The position numbers were made by a program, and so were the translations under genes. Positions 27,365-34,632 of a stretch of DNA of 64,000 nt are shown one piece after another. Under the pieces are notes generated by a model. That model ran no database searches and was not told where the DNA came from. It saw nothing but the letters and a program-made list of their open reading frames with translations. The stretch covers positions 1 through 64,000 of the IMG/VR virus record IMGVR_UViG_3300022562_001652; one strand, written 5' to 3'. The number at the start of each line of letters is the position of its first letter. The stretch's first letter is position 1. Source of the stretch: a virus.

Positions 27365-28441
27365 CTACTCCTTGCTTCGAAGAGAACGCTTGAGCTTCCG
27401 AACCTCGTCGGAAGACCCTCCTCCTTGTTCTTCGATGGCCGCACCACACCGCTTCAGGAAAGGACACTCCATGCACACGTCGTCATCAGGATCATGAACC
27501 CCGGGATCAGCGAAGCATGCCGGCTTGGTGGGTCCTTTCTTCTCTTTCGTTCCCTTCTTAGATGAAGACACCTTTCTTCTCGGAGGAGAATCCTCCTCGT
27601 CATCACTGTCTTCACCATCCCCGTCGTCGCTATCCTCGTCGTCGTCATCGTCGTCATCGTCCTCCTCTTCGTCCCGGCGGCTTCTCCTCTTCTTCGACGG
27701 CTCTTCCATCTGGATCGAGAAGGCGTCGACGATCGCCTTAATCTCGTCTGGCTTGAGAACAGGGCCAATAGCCTCCTCGAGATCCGGGAGATCATCTTTG
27801 ATCTGTGACCAGATCTCGCTGATATCCTCACGCGACTTCCCACGAACCACGGAGTACTCGACGTTCCGTAGATCCCGAGAGCCCTTCTTCTGTGCCTTGT
27901 TGATGTACATGGTCCGGCCGTTCTTGACACTGAAGAAGCGGACCCCTGCCCGTGTGTATTCCGTGAGGAGGCCTTGCAAGATCTGGCTGCCGAAGCGGGC
28001 TGGTTCGACGACGGGCTCATCTGCTTCGGGGTTGTACTGAAGGCAGTAGTAGTTGAAGGACGGCCCCCACATCTCCTTGACGGCCTTCCACTTTTCCTTG
28101 GCTTCGTCTGTGCCTCTCTTCGTCGTCTTGTTGACGACGTTCACCTCTTTGAGGTATTGCTTGCAGGCTGGGCACGGGGTCTCCATGCCCGGGTTGTTGG
28201 CCGCCTTCCCGTACCACTTGGTAGTCAGGCATCGGACCCAGTTCCCACCGATGTAGTGGCCTGCTGCCTCAGTGTAGAATTCGGTAGGAACACCACGAAG
28301 AGGAAGAAAGCGTACCGCGTTCATCCCGGTATCCCACTTGCGTAAACCCCCTCCCTCATCGGTACCCTGAAGCTGCGCTAGCTTCCTACGAGCCACGTCC
28401 AGTCCAGCGTCGTCGCTCTCACCTTTTTGCTTTCTCGCCAT
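27365..28441 (-). CDS. Putative single-stranded DNA-binding protein (gp32-like) with acidic tract and C-terminal Cys motif
   Basis: G.NAVRFLP...H...C...CPAC core, Asp/Glu-rich tract, position near recA and polymerase. Confidence 0.75.
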   Translation of the reverse strand: MARKQKGESDDAGLDVARRKLAQLQGTDEGGGLRKWDTGMNAVRFLPLRGVPTEFYTEAAGHYIGGNWVRCLTTKWYGKAANNPGMETPCPACKQYLKEVNVVNKTTKRGTDEAKEKWKAVKEMWGPSFNYYCLQYNPEADEPVVEPARFGSQILQGLLTEYTRAGVRFFSVKNGRTMYINKAQKKGSRDLRNVEYSVVRGKSREDISEIWSQIKDDLPDLEEAIGPVLKPDEIKAIVDAFSIQMEEPSKKRRSRRDEEEDDDDDDDDEDSDDGDGEDSDDEEDSPPRRKVSSSKKGTKEKKGPTKPACFADPGVHDPDDDVCMECPFLKRCGAAIEEQGGGSSDEVRKLKRSLRSKE

Positions 28442-28459
28442 CTTCTACAGCCTCCTTCT

Positions 28460-28825
28460 TCACTTCTCTTTGATCGAAACGAACAGTGCGCTGCGGATGT
28501 GCTTTTCTTCCTTGGAACTGAACGAGGTATTGGCGAATGTATTGCTCTGAATCTGAAAATCGATCGGCAAACCCGTCACGTCGCGACCCAAGGCGCACCA
28601 GGCGCGACACACGGCCCTCCAGCAACGATTATACTCAGGAAGCTCGGGATTACCGAAGCCGAGTAGCACGTAGTCCTCGTCGTCTAGAATGAGACGCACG
28701 TCCACATCGCGCCAGACCTTGTTCATGACCGACGAGCCTACGTGGTAAGGGATCTCGCCGAACGCGTCGCGGATGAGCTCGCCGAACTTCTGCAACAGAA
28801 TCCACCGAGGCATGCCGACGCCCAT
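28460..28825 (-). CDS. Minimal pol-beta-superfamily nucleotidyltransferase
   Basis: YHVGSS...WRDVDVRLIL...PIDFQIQ (GS, DxD, third Asp). Confidence 0.7.
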   Translation of the reverse strand: MGVGMPRWILLQKFGELIRDAFGEIPYHVGSSVMNKVWRDVDVRLILDDEDYVLLGFGNPELPEYNRCWRAVCRAWCALGRDVTGLPIDFQIQSNTFANTSFSSKEEKHIRSALFVSIKEK

Positions 28826-29316
28826 CAGGAATCCCCGAGGCCAGACCCCATCTCGGCAACACGCAGCTTCACCAGAGACATGAGCGTCCAACGCTTCTCG
28901 ATCAGAAGCTCACACACAGACTCCAGCTTCTTCAGTCTATTCTCCGCCTCCATGCGAAGACGAGAAGCCTCTCGAAGCTTCGGGTTCGCCTTAGCGACGT
29001 TCTTGATCTCGCTCTCTGTCAACTTCTTCGCGTCACGGACCTCCGAAAGACCTTCGCGCGTGCTGATGTAGACGTCGGCGTTCACGGCTTCCTCGTGATC
29101 CTTCGCCTGCCTCACCTCTTCAGCAGCCACACTCCGCAGAGAGACGAACCAAGCCATCTTCGCGGGCAGCTCTCTCAGGTCCCTCTCGAGGTCCTTACCG
29201 ACACGAACGGCAGAAAACCACTCCACGGGAATCACTTTCCCTGATACAGGGTGGCGAACGAGCAGTGGTTCAAAATCAACACTCCCGTTTTGACCTTTGT
29301 CCTCCCTATTCTTCAT
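28825..29316 (-). CDS. Putative UvsY-like recombination mediator
   Basis: Helical; KLTESEIKN motif; lies in the SSB/RecA cluster. Confidence 0.5.
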   Translation of the reverse strand: MKNREDKGQNGSVDFEPLLVRHPVSGKVIPVEWFSAVRVGKDLERDLRELPAKMAWFVSLRSVAAEEVRQAKDHEEAVNADVYISTREGLSEVRDAKKLTESEIKNVAKANPKLREASRLRMEAENRLKKLESVCELLIEKRWTLMSLVKLRVAEMGSGLGDS

Positions 29317-29331
29317 GTTTTCCTCCTACCT

Positions 29332-31404
29332 TTATCCCTTCGCCAACGTCCAGTTCTCCGCGCTTTTTCCCTCGGACGACAGCGGTACGAGCATCCGATT
29401 CTTGTAGGGTTGGGACATATGCCAACTCACACGTTCGAGCGCCCATGAAGAAGCCGAACGTGGGCACTCTCCTACGATCTCGTCGTGCACCTGGCTCAGT
29501 TGGCTGAATCCCTTGCTTCTCAGCTCTTCGTCGTTCTCGATGCGGTTCATCGCTTCTTTGATGATGTCGGCCGCGTCGCACTGAGGCATGTTGCAGCAGA
29601 TCCGTTCCCAGTGCTCACGTTCCCGCTTGTCGAAGCTAGCGAGACCCTCAGCAACGTGCACGCGTCTGCCCGAAATCGTCTCGAGGTATCCCTTCTTATA
29701 CCCCTCCGCGATGGAACGCTTCTGAAAGATCACGAGCTCCGGGTACAGTACGTTGAAGAAGTTGTCGACCAGAGCTTCGTTCTCCTCCTGGACTTCCGGA
29801 AGCCGGGTATCCTGGCGACGACGCCTAGCCAAGGTGTACCACGTACCCCCATAGATCAGCCCGAAGTTCTCTTCCTTCCCGATACGGTAGAGGTCCTTGT
29901 ATTTCTTCTTGAAGGCGTCGAGGCTCTCCGGCGAAGAGAAGACGGCGTCCACGTCTTCGTCGAGATTGAACGAGTGGATCGTCGTGAGGACGTGGATCGC
30001 CGACGGCGCTTTGTACTTCAGCATCGTCTTTAGGAGCCTAGACTCCTCGACCGGAACGAAGCGCCCGACCCTGTTGATCGTGAGAACGAGCTCGAAGCCG
30101 GACATGTCCACCACGATCAGAACGTGGTCTTCTTTAGCAGGTACTCCGCGCGCCGTGATCTGCCCCTTCTTGGGAGCTATGAACCGCTCCTTCACTCCCC
30201 AGGGATCTTTTTCCCCAGGGGAGACCACGTTCTGAAGATTGGCTCCTTTCTTTTCCTTCTTGATCTGCGTCTTCGCCTTGCCGGACTTGAGCTTCCTCTC
30301 GACGATCTTGGACACCGTCCACTTACGAGAAGAGATACGACCTGTGCGCGTTCCGTGCTGGTTGTAGTCGCTGCGAAGCCTGCCGTCTTCCGAACACCCG
30401 CTCATGAGACTCTTGAGATCCTTGGCTAGCTTCGCGTAGACGCTTCTTTTTTGAAAGAGAGTAGCTACTTCGATCCCTTCCTTGATCCAGCGTCTGATGA
30501 CAGCCTGCGTGAATTGAGGCTTTCCGGTCTTCTTGGTGACCAAGTCCGCGTACGTAGGCCACCCGAGCTCCTCGATCAGGACCTGTTTAACCTGGTCCTT
30601 GGCTTCTAAGTTCAGATCCGGATAGCCCATCAGTGCGCGAAGAACGTGCTCCGCCCGAGCCTGTGCTACGAGGGACTTAGAACGAACCTGATCCATCCCA
30701 TCGAGATCGATCAAGATGCCACGATCCTCGCAGCCCATGAGCGTAAGCGTGTACGGCCGATCCACACGGAGATAGGTCTGCCAGTACCCTATGCTCTCGA
30801 GATATTTACGGTGTTTCCAGTAGAGACGGATAGTGTCTTCCGCATCGTCTCCACCGTACTCGTCGTAGACGCGTCTCCATTCTTCAGCCGAACGTGTGAG
30901 TAATGCCCCCTCGGGGAGAGGGGCTCTGCCAGACACCTGGGAGGCATTCAGTTGGAGCGCTGTCTTTCGCCCAGGCAGCTTGTACGAGAAGAGGTTCTTG
31001 AACTCGTCCCTCTTCCTGCCAAGGTACCGACGCGTCTGCTGCTTCAAGCCATGCCGCTCGTTGTTCTCATCCCGAAGCCAGCTCAAGGAGACGATGTCGG
31101 CGTGAAAGCTGGGACGAAGATCTAAATTCCAGTTCTTCAGGAAGGTACGAGCATCAGCCTTGAAGAAGGAGTAGACGATGCGCGACTTCTTGTCACCGAA
31201 CCAATCGGCCAAGACGAACAGGTACTCGGCCTCTACTACATAACGAACCCCCAACCCCCAGGAAAAGCTGAACGTCGTAAGAGTAGACCAGGGCTCTGGA
31301 TCAAACTCCGAATCGAGGGCATAGGGGGTACCGTCCTTGGTAGCTCGCCAAAGTGCATCGAGCGCATGAATCGCTTTCCTCTTGGTATCGATGAGAGTGA
31401 TCAT
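29332..31404 (-). CDS. polA: Family A DNA polymerase with 3'-5' exonuclease
   Basis: ALDSEF (ExoI), TRTGRISS...NLQN, DMSGFEL (motif A), RIGKEENFGLIYG (motif B), QVHDEI (motif C). Confidence 0.95.
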   Translation of the reverse strand: MITLIDTKRKAIHALDALWRATKDGTPYALDSEFDPEPWSTLTTFSFSWGLGVRYVVEAEYLFVLADWFGDKKSRIVYSFFKADARTFLKNWNLDLRPSFHADIVSLSWLRDENNERHGLKQQTRRYLGRKRDEFKNLFSYKLPGRKTALQLNASQVSGRAPLPEGALLTRSAEEWRRVYDEYGGDDAEDTIRLYWKHRKYLESIGYWQTYLRVDRPYTLTLMGCEDRGILIDLDGMDQVRSKSLVAQARAEHVLRALMGYPDLNLEAKDQVKQVLIEELGWPTYADLVTKKTGKPQFTQAVIRRWIKEGIEVATLFQKRSVYAKLAKDLKSLMSGCSEDGRLRSDYNQHGTRTGRISSRKWTVSKIVERKLKSGKAKTQIKKEKKGANLQNVVSPGEKDPWGVKERFIAPKKGQITARGVPAKEDHVLIVVDMSGFELVLTINRVGRFVPVEESRLLKTMLKYKAPSAIHVLTTIHSFNLDEDVDAVFSSPESLDAFKKKYKDLYRIGKEENFGLIYGGTWYTLARRRRQDTRLPEVQEENEALVDNFFNVLYPELVIFQKRSIAEGYKKGYLETISGRRVHVAEGLASFDKREREHWERICCNMPQCDAADIIKEAMNRIENDEELRSKGFSQLSQVHDEIVGECPRSASSWALERVSWHMSQPYKNRMLVPLSSEGKSAENWTLAKG

Positions 31405-31413
31405 CCTACCCTT

Positions 31414-31701
31414 TGGGAACGGTGGTGGGAGTCGAACCCACTAAGATGGTTGCCGCCGGGGTTGAACCGAGAACCGGCTGTCGCAGAGCGACACTGCCTC
31501 TGACGTAGCCACGCGACTCTGGGATCCTTCAGAGATTGTCTCGCGCTAATCCGGCTGCTGGAAGGCCCTGCTCGGAACTCAGCGCCCTTGTCGCTTCCGG
31601 GTGCACTGCACGTAATCATCGCCGTCACCGACGACCGCACACCTCGCAACCTTCCCATCATGTCCAGCACCATGCGTGTCTCCGTCCACGCCGCACCGTT
31701 C
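31414..31701 (-). ncRNA. 288-nt tRNA-like RNA with His-type ends and a ~200-nt insert replacing the anticodon loop
   Basis: G-AACGGTG pairs with CACCGTT-C-CCA; D-arm GCGT-GGACGGAGAC-ACGC; T-arm GTGGG-TTCGACT-CCCAC; closing helix ATGGT-GCTG / CGGC-A-ACCAT. Confidence 0.8.
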
Positions 31702-31707
31702 GAGGCC

Positions 31708-32160
31708 CTACTTCGCCTTCTTGGGAATCTTCATGCCCTTCTTAGGGATCTTCACGCCAGACGACTTCTTGGGAGCTTCCTCCTCTTCCTCTTCCTCTTC
31801 TTCTTCTTCTTCTTCTTCTTCTTCTTCTTCTTCCTCGTCCTCGTCCTCTTCTTCCTCTTCTTCCTCTTCTTCCTCTTCTTCCTCCTCGTCCTCTTCTTCC
31901 GGCTCAGGCTTCTTCGCCTTCTTCTTCGCCGTCACCGTCTTCTTTTTCTCCTCCACTTCCTTCTTCACCTTCTCCTTCTTCTCCACGGAAGTAGTTTCCC
32001 CCGTAGAAGCCTGCCCGAGCCGGACGAAGACGGACAGTTCGGGGATGTTGGTCAGGACAACCTGAATGCGGCGGCGAGCATCCTCGCACGCAGCCTTCTC
32101 GTCGGTCGCCTCCACCAAGAGAACTGCCTTCATGGGAACTTCCACGCGATACTCACTCAT
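31708..32160 (-). CDS. Protein with a long poly-Glu/Asp tract flanked by Lys-rich segments
   Basis: About 40 consecutive acidic residues; AAGGAG/AAGGAAG RBS. Confidence 0.75.
   Translation of the reverse strand: MSEYRVEVPMKAVLLVEATDEKAACEDARRRIQVVLTNIPELSVFVRLGQASTGETTSVEKKEKVKKEVEEKKKTVTAKKKAKKPEPEEEDEEEEEEEEEEEEEEDEDEEEEEEEEEEEEEEEEEEEEAPKKSSGVKIPKKGMKIPKKAK
31779..31899 (-). repeat. (GAA/GAG/GAC)n trinucleotide tract
   Basis: Directly visible; encodes poly-Glu/Asp. Confidence 0.9.
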
Positions 32161-32177
32161 CGTTCTTCCTTTCTCCT

Positions 32178-33209
32178 TCACGACAGCCCGAGGGCTTCTT
32201 TGTCTTCGTCACTAAGCTTCGCCAGAACGTCTGAAGGAAGCTCTTCTGGGTAGCAAGCGATGCCGGCGTTACGAAGGTGATCGATCGCCTCCGTCATGGT
32301 TTCTATCCGCATCCCTTCTTTCTTGTACTTCTTGTAGATCGGGACAACGTCGCGAACAGGAGCAGAGCCAAGCTCGAGTACGGCGTTCACGAAGTACCAA
32401 AGCTGCGTAGCTGGCTTCTCTGGGTTTGTGTCGACCTCGAGCACGCAGAGAATGCGATCGAGATCCAGCTTTTTCTTCTCTTCCGCCTTCGGCTCAGGAA
32501 GAGACACGCCCGCCTTCTGAAGGACAACAGAAAAACCGTCCCTCATGTTCCCGAGAAAGCTGCGCACGCACTCTGCCTGGTCGGGACAAGCCGAACATTC
32601 GGCAGAAGCCATGTCCACGTATATCCCGAAGCAACCACAAGCCTTGATGAGCTTGAGAGTCTCTTCTCCAGGAAGACGGCTCAGGATCTCCTTCTTCTCT
32701 GCCTCATCCATAGATGAGAGGATGGAGTGGATCTCCAATCGCAATCCCTCATCAGAGACGTCAGAATTCGCCCTCTCCGAGTAACTCACGAGAGCGCCAG
32801 CCTTCTTGAGCTCGGCGAGCGTAGCTAGCAAGATCTCTCGATCCAGCATCTTCGATGGCTCTAGTTTCGACTCCAGCTTCGGCTTCGGCTTCTTTTTCTC
32901 CCTCTCTTCTTTTTCTTCTTCCTCCTCTTCGTCGTCGTTCTTCTTCTTCTTTCTCTTCTTCTTGACACTGGTCTTCTCTTCCGTCTTCTTCTCGGCGGTG
33001 TCGGGTGCGTCTTCGATCGTGATCCCCTTGTCACGGAAGAAGCGGCGGGCGGCTACGAGCGGCTTCTCCCCTTTCTGAATCGCTTCAGCCATGACGACCT
33101 TCAAGCGACCCGCGTGACGAGGAGCCAAACCACGCCCCTTGAACTTCTTGTCGTAGAGAGACGAAGCCTTGTCGGTGGCTTCTTGCTTAACGTTTGCCTT
33201 CGTTCCCAC
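32178..33209 (-). CDS. Hypothetical Lys/Glu-rich protein with CFG...CxxCP...C motif
   Basis: AAGGAGG RBS; 343 aa. Confidence 0.75.
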   Translation of the reverse strand: MGTKANVKQEATDKASSLYDKKFKGRGLAPRHAGRLKVVMAEAIQKGEKPLVAARRFFRDKGITIEDAPDTAEKKTEEKTSVKKKRKKKKNDDEEEEEEKEEREKKKPKPKLESKLEPSKMLDREILLATLAELKKAGALVSYSERANSDVSDEGLRLEIHSILSSMDEAEKKEILSRLPGEETLKLIKACGCFGIYVDMASAECSACPDQAECVRSFLGNMRDGFSVVLQKAGVSLPEPKAEEKKKLDLDRILCVLEVDTNPEKPATQLWYFVNAVLELGSAPVRDVVPIYKKYKKEGMRIETMTEAIDHLRNAGIACYPEELPSDVLAKLSDEDKEALGLS

Positions 33210-33240
33210 TCATATCCTCCTTGTCAAAAAGAGCAAAACT

Positions 33241-33269
33241 ACTCTACGTCTGATAAAGACGACCTGCAA
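33241..33269 (-). promoter_or_regulatory. Putative sigma70-type promoter
   Basis: TTGCAG-17 bp-TAGAGT in an AT-richer intergenic gap upstream of a strong RBS. Confidence 0.45.
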
Positions 33270-33292
33270 GTCTTTTCGATCCCTTATTTCGT

Positions 33293-34303
33293 TTAGAAAC
33301 GCGCTAGCTTAGCACGCACGGTCTCTCGGAAGACGTCTCCGCATCCTAAAGGAACGCTTTTCGCGATCAAAGATCGGAGTTCTTCTCTGGGAAGATCGTC
33401 GGGGTCTTTTCCTTTCGGAAGAACGATCACGCGAACGAGCCAAACTTCGCTCAGGCGTTCGGCCAAAGCGTACGCCTTTTCCAGAGCATCCGGATCCCAC
33501 ATCACGACGATCTCGTTCGCGGCCGTCCTCGCCAGCAAGGAAAGCTGGGTCTGTGAAAAGTGCGTTCCGAAGGTTGCTACAGCTCCGGGACCAACGTGTA
33601 TGGCGGAAAAGACGTCCTCGACAAGGACGACTCTCTTTTTGTCGGCCAGAAGCTCTATCCCGTAGAGATCCTCAGAAGCGTGGGAAGCGATCGAGTTGAG
33701 ATACTTCTTCACGCCAGAAGGAGGCTTCGAAGCCATCCACCGTCCCTGAAACCAACGGAGCTGGTTTCCACGGTAGACAGGGACAATGAGCCGGTTCGCG
33801 TACCGACCGTGAGAACACCAGCCGATCTTTCTCCGCTGCCCTTCGCGTTTGGAAATGCCACGCTCTCTCAGGTAGGAGGGTGCTTCTTTTCCAACCTCCA
33901 CAGGCGTAAAGCTCTCTGGTAGAAAGCACGGATCGACGGCTAGAGGTTCAGAAGGTTCTGGCAGACCTCGAAAGGCTCGCTCGACGACATCGGCCAGGCT
34001 GGATGTGTCTCCCTCGTCAGTAGAAAACTCCTTGAGTATGTCGATCGTACGTAGGACGTTCTCTCCTTCGAGCCTCCCGATCAGATCGAAGGCGGTGCCT
34101 GCTTCATCGCAGTAGAAGCAAAGCCATGTTCCTGGCGGTCTGTCCTTCTTCTCACCTACCAAGACCCAGAGCTTGTCTTTCTTTCCGCAGACCGGACACT
34201 CGAGGCTCCAGTTGTCTCCGTGTTCTTTGTACTCGAACCTCTCGAGATAGCGTCTCGCATCGAAGTCCTTCTCGATCGATGCAACGACGTCTCGGAAACT
34301 CAC
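33293..34303 (-). CDS. DnaG-like primase (Zn finger plus TOPRIM)
   Basis: CPVC...CFYC, YLRERGI, RLIVP, KYLNS, LVEDVFSA, WDPDA, KDPDD. Confidence 0.92.
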   Translation of the reverse strand: MSFRDVVASIEKDFDARRYLERFEYKEHGDNWSLECPVCGKKDKLWVLVGEKKDRPPGTWLCFYCDEAGTAFDLIGRLEGENVLRTIDILKEFSTDEGDTSSLADVVERAFRGLPEPSEPLAVDPCFLPESFTPVEVGKEAPSYLRERGISKREGQRRKIGWCSHGRYANRLIVPVYRGNQLRWFQGRWMASKPPSGVKKYLNSIASHASEDLYGIELLADKKRVVLVEDVFSAIHVGPGAVATFGTHFSQTQLSLLARTAANEIVVMWDPDALEKAYALAERLSEVWLVRVIVLPKGKDPDDLPREELRSLIAKSVPLGCGDVFRETVRAKLARF

Positions 34304-34632
34304 CCCCCCTCCTTGTGCAACATGAGATCCATCACGGTGACTGTACCGTCTTCCTTCTTGAAGCCCATTATAGATACGTAGAAGTTCTCTACCCCGATCG
34401 CTTTCACGTAGTCACTAGAGGGTGTTCCATCGATAAGTATCCAGGAAAGACGAACTTCTTCAGAGGACATCACCAGACTCTGAGGAACGCCAATGGGCAC
34501 TACGTCCCCTCTAAACTGGAACTGTATCCAGCCAAAGCGCATGACGTTCGACCACCCTAGAAGGCTCTCGTAGGGCATGCCGAGAAGATCCAGTCGCGAA
34601 GTGATCGCCGTAGGGCTCTGCTCTTCCTTCAT
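34300..34632 (-). CDS. Hypothetical protein
   Basis: ATGA-coupled to the methyltransferase stop. Confidence 0.5.
   Translation of the reverse strand: MKEEQSPTAITSRLDLLGMPYESLLGWSNVMRFGWIQFQFRGDVVPIGVPQSLVMSSEEVRLSWILIDGTPSSDYVKAIGVENFYVSIMGFKKEDGTVTVMDLMLHKEGG

Noticed and set aside
31450-31665. Group I intron in a tRNA-His, or a canonical tmRNA
   Set aside because: I could not find the group I P7 core or a splice that restores a 7-nt GUG loop; there is no G3:U70 pair or Ala-Ala-ending tag frame. Not formally excluded without Infernal.
31588-32253. Poly-Phe and poly-Ser ORFs on the + strand
   Set aside because: Antisense shadows of the poly-Glu tract.
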